Source: Octopus sinensis
Taxonomy: Eukaryota
Direction of reading: 5' to 3'
Assembly: GCF_006345805.1 (NCBI RefSeq)
Contig: NC_043021.1
Coordinates: forward strand, 4,526,001-4,590,000
DNA length: 64,000 bases
The position numbers were made by a program, and so were the translations under genes. The notes beneath the pieces are model-generated. The model was not told the origin of the DNA and ran no database searches. It saw only the letters and a list, made by a program, of their open reading frames with translations. This document shows, in pieces, positions 39,038 to 50,689 of the stretch (its first letter is position 1; every line of letters starts with the position of its first letter).

Positions 39038-39468
39038 TAAGTATAACAGGCCAGATATTGTTGTTTGGGGCAGATGGGAAAATGTATGTATCATCATAGA
39101 GGTTAGCTGGCCAGCAGATACAAATAGCTCTTTGAAAATCAAAGAAAAAGAGGTTATCTATGGACACCTGCTTCGAAACCTCCAGCTTCTATTCATGCCA
39201 ATAATAATTGGAGCACTAGGTTTTGTTAATAAATGTTTACAGGAGAATCTGGATAAACTGGGATTTTCAGAAAGAGAAATCGACCGGCTGATTCGTACAT
39301 TACAAGTGCAGTCTGTGAGTGGGACAGTGAAAATATGCAAGTCCTTTCTCAAGCTCCAAATGTAAATACGTCTGTGTTAGCTACAATCCCAAAGACGGAG
39401 CCTTGTATCTTTGTTGGAAACCGGCTCCCATCTCAGTGGAAGATTTATAATAATTAAAAAATAGAAGA
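39038..39468 (+). mobile_element. 5'-truncated 3' end of a second RLE-type LINE family, embedded in (TACA)n
   Basis: KYNRPDIVVWGRWENVCIIIEVSWPADTNSSLKIKEKE...MPIIIGALG...LQVQSVSGTVKICKSF*, then about 100 bp of 3' UTR; (TACA)n on both sides. Confidence 0.85.
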
Positions 39469-39751
39469 CATATACATATATACATACACATACATACAAA
39501 CACATATACTACATACAAGAATATACATACAAAGGCATGCACACACATACATACATACATACATACATACATACATACATACATACATACATACATACAT
39601 ACATAAATACATACATATATTATACAAGTGTAAAACGACGCATGCAGATATGCACATATACATACACATCCAAACACCAGTACAGATACATGCAATGCGC
39701 TATCATACGCTTACACGCACAGAGATATCGTCCACAACTACATTTTCAAAT

Positions 39752-39782
<31 letters not shown>

Positions 39783-39977
39783 CTCTCTCTCTCTTTCTCT
39801 ACGCAAACAAATACACATCAACACGCGCAAGTATATATTATCACAAACACAACCAAACATTAACACCCACAGACACACACTATTTTCTTTGATCAATTAA
39901 ACCACGTTATTACGTAACTTGTGGTTTATCTGCACACTGTAATTACTCAACTGGTGGTTTATCTCTTCTTTCCGCAG

Positions 39978-40029
39978 TTTCAACTCATCTGGCAGACATC
40001 TCTGTTGCCTTGCATTGCCGATTTACTAC
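39978..40029 (+). CDS. Candidate 52-bp internal exon (FQLIWQTSLLPCIADLL in phase 0 to 1)
   Basis: Acceptor atctcttctttccgcag and donor TAC|GTATGT; open in all three frames; phase-compatible with the exon starting at 43109. Confidence 0.4.
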
Positions 40030-40189
40030 GTATGTCTAAGCTAAATTGCATTTTAATAGCCTCGCTAATTGCTTTAATAACATTATTTAAGATGCTTTGA
40101 AGCTGCTAACAACAGTAGCTGAAATAAATATACAAATGTCTCGTTGACTCATCAGAGCGTCTGACAAAATAAATAGAAAAAGTCTGAGA

Positions 40190-40425
40190 GTTTATAAGGC
40201 TGGTTATCAGCCTTTCATGGCATAAAGTAGCTGAGATCACATTTCCACTGAACGAAACGCCGGTCCATCGCAAGGTGACCCATTAGCAGCTGAGTGGACT
40301 GGAGCAACGTGAAATGAAGGTTTTTTGCTCAAGAACACAACGCACCACTTGGTCCGGGGATCGAACACACGATTTAACGATCGTGAATGCAAAACCCCTA
40401 CCTGTTAGGCCACGCGCCTTCACGC
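40190..40425 (-). mobile_element. Old tRNA-headed SINE with Meta-domain-like body
   Basis: Minus strand gaaggcgcgtggcc...gttcgatccccgg...gtgttcttgagcaaa...ccactcagc...ttgcgatggaccggcg; the domain name is from recalled MetaSINE motifs and was not searched. Confidence 0.6.
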
Positions 40426-40809
40426 ATGACAGAATGCCTTGCGATGATTAGTTCTGGTTCTGTACGTTCTGGGTTCAAATCCCGCAGTGCTCACCTTTGC
40501 TTTTAATCTTTCCGTGGCCAAATATTGGAATAGATTTAATCAACAACGCCACTCCCATACCAAATTCTTGCGGTGGGTTTATGGTCGATCGGGTTATTCG
40601 AAACAGGAACTTCCTTTCGGTGAACAGGGTTGTCAGTAATGTGTGTGCAATTTCCTGACTGGCCCTCGATGGACGGTTTTGTTTGCGTTTATTTTTTTTA
40701 TATTGTAGAGCCTCACTGTAAATAATAATATATGTGACAGATTTTGATGGTATATTTAATAAATATTCTACATATCATTTTCATCGTTATAATCATCATT
40801 GCTATAGTC

Positions 40810-41212
40810 GTCGTAGTCACCACCACTATCACCACCACCACCACCACGGCCGCCACCACCACCACCACCACCACCGCCGCCACCACGGCCACCGCCACGG
40901 CCACCACCACCACCACCACCACCACCACCGCCGCTGCCGCCGCCGCTGCCGCTGCCGCCGCCACCGCCACCAACGCCGCCACCCCACCACCACCACCACC
41001 ACCACCACCACCACCGCCACCGCCGCGCCGCGCCACCACCACCACCACCACCAAACTACCACCACCACCACCACCACCACCACCACCACCGCCGCCGCTG
41101 CCGCCGCCGCCGCCACCGCCACCAACGCCGCCACCACCACCACCACTACCACCACCACCACCACCACCACCGCCGCCGCCGCCGCCACCACCACCACCAC
41201 CACCATCATCAT
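40810..41212. repeat. GC-rich (CCA/CCG)n triplet tract
   Basis: Direct reading; flanked by ATC-type repeats and AT-rich DNA. Confidence 0.92.
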
Positions 41213-41786
41213 CTTTACCGATCACATTGTTTTTCCTGCTATATCACTCTCTTAACTACCACTAAAGAATGTATTAACAATTATATATTTGTATCGATAC
41301 CTATTAGCTTTGTTTTAAGTATTAGCTTAGTATACCTGCAACATTAATCTGACATGCTCAGTGCTATGTCATTAATTAATTTTAGAGTATTTGTCGGTTT
41401 GTATTTGCTGCAATTCTCTTACCTTTGTCGAGTTAACAGGTGACACCACAATTTCTTTATTGGTTTTTATTAGCTAAAGTTGCTATTAGTTACCATTCAA
41501 GTTACGGAGGTCATTAAATAACATTGTTATACGTATCCATACACACACACGCACCCCACACACACACACACACACGCACCCACACATACACTCACACACA
41601 CACACCCACACATACACTCACACACACACACACGCACCCACACATACACTCACACACACACACATACACACACACACGCACCCACCCCCCACACACACTC
41701 ACACACACACACACAAAATGATTACCTCATCTAGTTAGATGGTAACCATCTTATAATAGTGAAACATCTATACATCAATGGATGTA

Positions 41787-42062
41787 GTGGAGGCACATGG
41801 CCAAGTGGTTAAAGCAGCGGACTCGCGGTCGAAGGATCGTGGGTTCGAATCTCAGACCGGGCGATGTGTGTGTTTATGAGTGAAAACACCTAAGCTCCAT
41901 GCGGCTCTGGCAGAAGGTAATGGCGAACTTCTGCTGACTCTTTTGCAACAACTTTCTCTCACTCTTTCCTCCTGTCCAGGTGGGGAACCTATACGCCAAC
42001 GAAACCGGGAAACCGGCCCTTATGAGCCAGGTGTGGCTCGAGAAGGAACAAACAGCAACAAA
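41787..42062 (+). mobile_element. SINE family C variant, tail type 4 (internally deleted relative to 59503-59812)
   Basis: Head gtggaggcacatggccaagtggtt...; tail gaaaccgggaaaccggcccttatgagccagg. Confidence 0.88.
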
Positions 42063-42204
42063 ACATCATAGGATCTAAGTGACAAAAGCTTGTACAATAC
42101 TTTTGCCACCCTTGATTGCCAGAGTAGATTCTCGTGGCAAGCATTGCAAGGTGACTTACTTCTTTGACTGCAAATTGTATGCCTGCATATCTTTCTCCTA
42201 GGTG

Positions 42205-42620
42205 TGACATCCTAGCAGAAACGTTAGCACGTCGGGCGAAATACGTAGCCGTATTTCGTCTGCCTTTACGTTCTGAGTTCAAATTCCGCCGTGGTCGACG
42301 TTGCCTTTCATCCTTTCGAGGTCGATTAAATAAGTACCAGTTACGTACTGGGGTCGATATAATCGACTAAATCCGTGTGTCTGTCCTTGTTTGTCCCCTC
42401 TGTGTTTAGCCCCTTGTGGGTAGTAAAGAAATAGGTATTTCGTCTGCCGTTACGTTCTGAGTTCAAATTCCGCCGAGGTCCACTTTGCCTTTCATCCTTT
42501 CGGGGTCGATTAAATAAGTACCAGTTACGCACTGGGGTCGATATAATCGACTAAATCCGTGTGTCTGTCCTTGTTTGTCCCTTCTGTGTTTAGCCCCTTG
42601 TAGGTAGTAAAGAAATAGGT
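42205..42620 (+). mobile_element. SINE family B 1.8-mer (full copy fused to a head-less second copy)
   Basis: Junction ...aaataggtat|ttcgtctgccg at about 42438. Confidence 0.9.
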
Positions 42621-43108
42621 ATGACATCCAACTACATCCGATGGTGGGGCTCCAGCTTGGGAGTTCTGAATTTGTGGAAAACGCGGAGTCACCCTTTAGT
42701 CACCATTACTCTCAGGTCCCTTCTGACCAGAAACACCAGCCCCTGTCTGGATCCTGTCTATGGGCAGAACAGATTTCCTAGGGTAGAGGAAGCTCCTGTT
42801 ATTTTTGACAAAGCAATTGGGAAAGGCGACTCTTTTAGGGGGAAGGTACATACACACGCAAGCACACTCTGATGCCTATTTTCATTCAATTTTCTCTCCT
42901 TTCTATTTTTGTTTGACCTCCTCTCCACTCCTATTCACCATCCACCCACTCGACCTTCTGACCCCACACTCATCCACACCAACTGACCATATCTCCACTT
43001 ACTCAACAACCTATTTGTTTATTTGTTTATCTATTTGTCCAGTTATACTTGTATTTTATACAAATATTTTATTAACATATATATATCTTATCTCAATATG
43101 TTTTACAG

Positions 43109-44037
43109 ATATCTCGAAAGGGCCGAAGACGACCGCCGGATGGTTGGTGAATGGAGCAGACAAGCATACGGGAGTGAAAGGTGCAACAACCACCAAAGAT
43201 CAGAACACCGACTCCAGTAAACCGAAGAAATCTTCCGCCGAGAGCAATGGTGGATGTAAAGTACTCGGTCATCCTCAAGCGCCTCGACACCCGGCGGCAA
43301 GCGCCGAACACGAGAGGAGACGGGAGAAACCGAAGGAACAAACAGTTATGTTGGAGATGGACGTTATGAAAAACAACAACAACAAGAATAACAACACCAG
43401 CGGCAGCGGCAACAACAACAATAACAGGAGAAGCAATGGAAGCAACAGCAACAACAGTGGTCATACTTTTGAAAGCATTAGTAGAAAGAAAACGAACAGT
43501 TTCGATGAGGGCAGTGGCACGGTGAAGCCCCTAGATCTGAAGTCAATTAGCCGGCCGAGACCCGTGGTGAAAAAACGAGACGCGGCTGCCGGAGAGGTTT
43601 TGCTTCTGGCGCCCGGTGCTTCCAGGCGGAAGCAGCAGGTGGACGGAAGCAAAACGGAAGGGGAGGAGCAACAACAGCAGTATCAGCAAACTCAACAGCA
43701 ACAGCAGCAGCATGATCAGCCACAGTACAAACAACACAAACAACAACAGCACCAACCTCAACTATCGCAGCAGCAAAAGCAGCAGCAGCAGCATCAACAG
43801 CAGCACCAAGAACAACAATGGCCTCAAGAAAAATCACCCCCGCAACCATCGCCAACCCCGCCGCCACCACCACCGCCACCATCCCCGTCACCGCAACAAC
43901 AACAACAGCAACAACAACGCCAATGTGAGCAACAGAGTAAACAACATCAACACCACCACAACCACCCTCAACACCAGCAGCACCATCAACAAGAAACTGT
44001 TGATAACAATCAAAACCACAGCAATGAATGGAATTGA
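43109..44037 (+). CDS. Probable terminal coding exon of an uncharacterised low-complexity (N/Q/P-rich) protein, about 309 codons
   Basis: Acceptor tatgttttacag at 43097-43108; abrupt GC rise; about 200 codons of non-repetitive charged sequence (ISKGPKTTAGWLVNG...PLDLKSISRPRPVVKKR) with poly-N/Q/P tracts in one frame; TGA at 44035-44037. No recognisable domain. Confidence 0.65.
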
Positions 44038-44293
44038 CTAATGAAACCGGAAGCTTCGGAACGAGACCGGAAGATCGTCTCAGACGCTGCACTCGCGGCC
44101 GCAGCCACTGTAGCCGCTGCCGCCGTCGCCGTCGATGTCACCACAGCCGCCGCCGCTGCCGCCGCAATTGCAGCTGCAGTCACCACCGACGCCGACGCCG
44201 TCGCCGTCGCCATCACCATAGCAACCATCACGGTAATCACGCCTGTTGCTGGCACACCTTAACCTTTTCTGCTTTCGCCACCATGGTTACAAA

Positions 44294-44357
<64 letters not shown>

Positions 44358-44641
44358 ATCACACCATCAACAACACTAATCGCAACAGCTACCAACCCTA
44401 TTATTTACTTTTCGATCTTCCACCATCATCATCATCATCATTACCACCTCACCACCACCAGCATCACTTCCATCACCACCATCACTATCACAGACACTAT
44501 TACTAATATTGAACTTCCATTACAAACCCCCCTCCAACTAAGTTTGTTATGACTAATGAAACTCACCGTCGCCATAACCACTGTGAAACTACTATCGTCA
44601 TAACAACCATAAGCATCGCCATCACTGTAACCACCACCACC

Positions 44642-44708
<67 letters not shown>

Positions 44709-45193
44709 TTACTACTACTACTACTACAACTACAGCAACAGTTGGCTGTGAGCAACTGATTCCCATTTTCTTTTTTTCCATTCTAAACCGGTTTCTGCCC
44801 CTACCAATATAAATACAAACGTATTCATGAAACGCCGTGTACCCCTAGATGTCAGCTGCCATAGAGAAATAATTCCTTCTGGATAAGGTAAAAGCGCGTT
44901 TGAAATTTAAATCAAAGAGTACAGAAGGAGGTGTACAGAATTTGCACATTTGATATTACTGTATTCTCCATTAGTATAAAGATCTTGAAATTCCATGTCG
45001 TCGGTAGCCATATGTAGCATTATTTCATCCTTCTATAAAATCGACAGTAGGACATAACCCAAGGCAAACAAATAACGTTAAATCAACTATTTTACAGTTT
45101 AGAAGGCGTTCAATCAAATAGTATAATAGTATATACATATATATATGCATATATATATATTATATATAGATATATATATATCTATATATATAA

Positions 45194-45228
<35 letters not shown>

Positions 45229-45241
45229 GATATGGTGTGTG

Positions 45242-45286
<45 letters not shown>

Positions 45287-46547
45287 GCATATATGTAGGT
45301 ACAGGACATCACCAACAGTAAACAACATGAAATACGCAAATAAGAGAAACAAATGGAAGTAACTTAAAGAACGACCCTTCATGTATTCTATACTGTTTTC
45401 TCTTTAATCTTTTCTCCTCTTCAACGTCTTCTATCTGTCTGTCTGTCTTTCCCTTTGTTTTTTCTCTCTCTCGTTGCTCACAAGTGATCATCGTCCGTCT
45501 TTCTTTTCCTCACGTCATCATCTTTCTTGTCCTTCAGGACTGTCCTAAGGACTGGACTATTCTACCTCTCTCTTCTATCTTTTCTCTTTTCAAAGAAACT
45601 ATTTCTCCAGCGTTCGCTATTACTTAAACTGTCAGAAACATTGTCCCTCACGCGGTTTTTGCTACTCGCGGAATAATAATTACACTTTTATATCCAATTT
45701 GCATAATTTTTGTGGTATGTTACGTCTAATTTTCTCTTGTAATCTTTATTAGTCGAAGCGCTCTCACTCGATGATTAAATAAGTGTAGAATAATAGCAAG
45801 CACACAAGGACAGTGTTAGAATTTATGAAGAAATCGGGTATTATGATAATTTAGATTTGTCACTCTACAGCCTCCAGTTTGTTGTATATATACTTATCAG
45901 AATATTTAGTACCTTTGCATACATAGTATCTACTGAAAAAGAATTCATATTGAAAAAGTTACTAGAGGTTGGAACACGTGATTGTATAGCTTACTTCCTT
46001 TGCATTCAAAATGGAGACGTGTACCAACACTTCCACGTAACAACACTCGAATAATTGTGAAGATTTCTTCCCATGAAATCATTAGTTGCCCTGTTAACGG
46101 ACAAAAATAATCTCATGTTATATATATATTTATAAATATATATATAACAAATACAATTGTACAGAAATAGGAATTGATTTCTTAAATTGCCGTTCATCAT
46201 ATGAATAAGGCTATCTCGAACAGTGGAAATCTCAGCAAAGAAATTAAATACTAGAAACGTATAACATATTTCATGTTGTAATACCTATAGTGTACTGCAA
46301 CAGCCTTCTATAATGGGGTAGTTTTTAAATCATTGTGTGCAACAATCAAATACTTTAGTTCAAAGAAAATGAGACAAACTTATATCTAGTACAACTGACA
46401 TAAAAACAAAATCCAGTTTCCTTCTTAAGCGTTCTACAATATTTCTTGAAAAGCATCCAACAAATATGGATGGATAACAGAATCAATATATTACGTTTAT
46501 ATATTTGTTTTGCGAGAAATTTGATGCGAAATCGTGTGTTGAAACAG

Positions 46548-46819
46548 ATATTGTTGTATTTAGGAATGGTCATTTTGCCAGTTTAGCCAATTAAATACAA
46601 AATGGCTGACCATTAGTAAGGAGATACACACAAATAAGAAAGAAGAAAGCAAAGGACCACTGATGAGGTCATCGGACTGTGACGAAAGAACTCTGGCCGA
46701 AATAAGATTAAGATTAATGTAAAAAATAATAACGCTGAAGCAAAGTAACACCAAATATATAGTGCGTGTGTTTTTATTGGCTAAACTGGCAAAATGACCA
46801 TTCCGAAATACAACAATAT
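46548..46819 (+). mobile_element. 44-bp inverted repeat enclosing a hammerhead core
   Basis: Arms 46548-46591 and 46776-46819 (1 mismatch). Confidence 0.8.
46654..46699 (+). ncRNA. Minimal type I hammerhead, slightly degenerate
   Basis: ggacca CTGATGA g gtca-tcggactg-tgac GAAA gaac TC tggcc; extra G before stem II, one-pair stem III. Confidence 0.6.
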
Positions 46820-47348
46820 AAGGAATCAATATAATTTGACAGAAGCTGGATTGAACGTATAATTCGGAGAAATGTTTTTACTGATATGTTTATAGGAAAT
46901 AGCGTTGGAAATATTTGAGTAACCTTTAAAGATCAAGAAGAAGTATACATAGAATATAAATATTTATCAACTGCGATGTTGTCATGAAGTGTGTGAAAGT
47001 GAGAAACAAGAGAGAGAGAGAAGGGCGAAAGACGTTGAAAAAGTGCTAAGTATCTCGCAGCGTCAATAAACGCCATCTTGTAGTGGATTATAATTAGTTC
47101 TCTGACTGGATCGCGTAGTGAAAATATTCAATAATTAAAAATCCAGAAATCGCATTTTAAGACAAATATACCAAAATAAGAATATGTATATATTCAAACA
47201 GTAGTTATTTCAAAGAAAAGCAGAATCAGATTACAGGTAACTCGGAGTACTGTAATTGAAAGCCTTTCTGGTGTATGTAATACTCTACATTTATTTATGG
47301 AGCTTTATAATTTATATATAATAATTTATATATATACATATATATATA

Positions 47349-47408
<60 letters not shown>

Positions 47409-47494
47409 CTATATATATATATATTATATATATATATATAATATATATGTATAATTTATAATTATATTATAATTATAATTATATATATATATAT

Positions 47495-47735
47495 AGTATT
47501 ACATACATATAAGAGGGAATTACCTTAAAGATCCGCTATGGTCTTACCACTAAGAATTGTTCTCTAGAAAATTTAGCAAACACCAGAAACGTAAGCGAGC
47601 AAAACAAATGAAAAGTAGCAAAAATATAGATTAATCATAAACAACGTTTCACTATTGGTAAGACCATAGCGAATCTCCTTCTAGCATAAGGGTTTCCACA
47701 TAGTGGTAATTCCCCTCTTATATGTATGTAATACT
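47495..47735. repeat. Nested inverted repeats (30-bp outer arms, 20-bp inner arms)
   Basis: 47495-47524 versus 47705-47735 (1 indel); 47530-47549 versus 47656-47675 (1 mismatch); the left end abuts (TA)n. Confidence 0.85.
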
Positions 47736-47987
47736 ATTTACTGAACCTCAGTTTTTAAATATGCTAGACCACTGGTGTTAAATTGATGTTATCAAATTAA
47801 TATACAATTTTTCACCCTCATTTTAATTTTAATTATATATAATATATATATATTTATATATAATTTAATTTTACGACTACTTAGTACGGTTAGCAAGACT
47901 GTGATATAGGTCATTGGACTGTGATATAAGTTCATCTTGGTTAAGTTAATATTCTTGTCATGGAATAATATACATACACATATATTT

Positions 47988-48018
<31 letters not shown>

Positions 48019-48216
48019 GGCGAGGGAAAATTATAAAAAGGCAGAATGCTAAATTGAAGGTAAATTTTAATAAAAATGGGTGTATGGAAAATTTTAAAAA
48101 AGTTTTAAAAAATATCAACTCTAACCGGTTTGCAACGCAATGCAAATTTTCAAGAATTGAAAGGTGATTGAAAATTTTTTTAAATTGACGATATATATAT
48201 ATGTATATACAACACT

Positions 48217-48730
48217 ACGTGTATAAACAGACATTTGTTTTTTTATAAGCGTTGAAATGTTTATTGTAGTATATAAATAAAATGATCATTTGTTTTCAAA
48301 CGCAGAGACGCTGTTAGAACAGCATAAATATTGGGTAAATTATCCTCAGAAAGCGGAAAATTTGTCAACATCCAGCCATGGGACTCGAGCCCACGTCCCT
48401 TGAAACTCCGGCCAAGTGCTTTACCATTAAGCTAAACTATCCGCTGAAAAATCAATACACATTTCAACGATTATAAAAAAAACAGATGTTAGTTTGTTTA
48501 TATTTATATACACGTACTTGTGCATTTAGCTTTATGGCGTCTAAAATCGCTGATTGATTCGTCGGCGGGTAGTTGAGCTTAATGGTAAAGCACTTGACCA
48601 AAGTCTTCAAGAGATATGGGTTTGAGTCCCATGGTCGGATGTTGACAAATTTTTACGCTTTGTAAGGGGTAATTTACTCAATATTTCTGCTGTTCTAGCG
48701 GCGTCGTTTGAAAATAAATTATCATCTTAT
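48217..48730. mobile_element. Two divergently oriented copies of a tRNA-headed element (family D); the minus copy is flanked by an inverted repeat of about 55 bp
   Basis: Minus copy about 48275-48447 and plus copy about 48555-48730 (tagttgagcttaatggtaaagcacttg...gggtttgagtcccatgg); 48217-48270 is the reverse complement of about 48455-48517. Confidence 0.75.
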
Positions 48731-48740
48731 ATATATCTTA

Positions 48741-48775
<35 letters not shown>

Positions 48776-48788
48776 TGCACACCCATAT

Positions 48789-48828
<40 letters not shown>

Positions 48829-49890
48829 GATGAAGGAAACGGACGATAGATTTAGTACGAATCTTTATTTAAAACGACGATCATTTCAACCCATTCTGCA
48901 GCTGTCCCTTAGGGGTAGGATATTGTACATTTAGTTGTGTTGCATCACCTGAAAGGTGAAAGGTCTTTAATCGAAATACTAGTAGACATGGACCCAAATT
49001 CCAAATAGTTACATATATATATATATATATATATTCAAAATCTTGTTTTATTTTCTGTGTTACGCCGTGCTTGTGTCGCCCTATGCCAAACTGTATTATA
49101 GACAAAAGGTATATTAGGTTACATTATGTAAATTCAAATCTCAAGTTGTAAGGCCTGGAACAGACACTACATTTCTCATACACCATACTCAAGCATATAA
49201 AAATTTACCTCATTAATTGAATTACTCACACTCAGACTCATATAATCTAGATCAGACACTCTGGTACTCAAACTCACAGTTTGTAGATCTGGAACAGACA
49301 TTATAATACTGGCGCTAAGTAGGCGCAGACGTGGCTGTGCGGTTAAGAAGCTCGCTTTGAAAACGCCTGGCTTCAGGTTCAGTCCAACTGGACAGCACCG
49401 AGCAATGCCTTGCGAGGGAATTTAGCAGACGGAAACTAAGCTAAACACACGTTTATATAATTTGTTCCTACGTACGTTTCACCACCGTGGTGGTTTGGAA
49501 ATTGGCAGTTTGGAATTGGCTGCTTAAACACAACGAATCATTGGCGGAACACTTTATTGCATTATGTTACAGACAACTAAATTTCTCCTGCATTTACTTT
49601 GTTTTATCATTATTAGAATTACTAGTAAGTGAAGTAGTAATCGTACAATTATACTAGAAGCAAATTTGATGATAATTTATGTAGAGCTCTTAGCTCAACA
49701 GTAGCAGGCACACACACACACACACACATATATCAGTGTGTGTATGTGTGTGTATGTGTACGTATACGTGTGTGCCTTTGTATTTGTGTTTGTTCCCCAC
49801 TATCGCTCGGTGTTGATTTGTTTACATCCCTGTAATGTAGTGGTTTGACAAAATATGTACCTGACTTGAAATAGGTATTGTGGTCGATTG

Positions 49891-49945
<55 letters not shown>

Positions 49946-49959
49946 TATTAGTGAATAAT

Positions 49960-50150
49960 AGGCGAGCTGGTAGAATCGTTAGCAAGCCGAATAAAATGCT
50001 TTGTGGCATTTCACCCGTCTTTACGTTCTAAGTTAAAATTCTTCCGAGGTTGACTTAACCTTTTCTCCTTTCGAGGTCGTTAAAATAAGTACCATTTGCG
50101 CACTGGGGTCGACTTACCCGCCCCTAGATTTCAGGTTTTGTGCCTACTTA
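49960..50150 (+). mobile_element. Older family B-related SINE
   Basis: ggcgagctggtagaatcgttagcaagccg.... Confidence 0.8.
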
Positions 50151-50235
50151 TATTAGAAAGGCTTATTAGCTCGGTTAATCATTTAATCAATTAACAGTCG
50201 ATTGATTACTCATTCGGTTAATCATTCCCTTATAT

Positions 50236-50280
50236 TTGTCAAAGTCCTTTCCAGACCATTGGCAACCTCGTCAGTGACAT
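50236..50280 (-). ncRNA. Degenerate hammerhead core
   Basis: tgtca CTGACGA ggttgccaatggtctg GAAA ggac TT tgaca: perfect 5-bp stem I, eroded stem II. Confidence 0.45.
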
Positions 50281-50549
50281 GCCCTCACTACTCCAGTTCT
50301 GTACCAACCATGTATTGACTTTGAGAATGAACCTACATGGAACACTTCGTATGTTGACCCATATGTTAGGCCTGTAAGTAACCACCACATATATTCTCTT
50401 GCGTTTTATTGATTAAATTTCACTTTATACGTGTCAATCACAAATTGAAACCCAAATGTACTTTTTTCTCGTACCCACTCATGCTAGCATATAGCGCACA
50501 GAGACATGTACATGTGCGCGTACACACACACACTCACACACACACACAA

Positions 50550-50582
<33 letters not shown>

Positions 50583-50689
50583 CATGTATGTATGTATATA
50601 TATTGTTCAAAGATCCAGTAGAGGTAGAATCTGCAAAAAAGTGCTCCATCCAATAAGAGACAAATATCAATTTGAATACTCAACCGAAA

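Noticed and set aside
40713-41265. Poly-Pro/Gly/Thr/Ala ORFs in all frames (likewise 16162-16873, 52499-53285, 56306-56751)
   Set aside because: Pure triplet repeats open in most frames, with no unique coding sequence attached, unlike 43109-44037.
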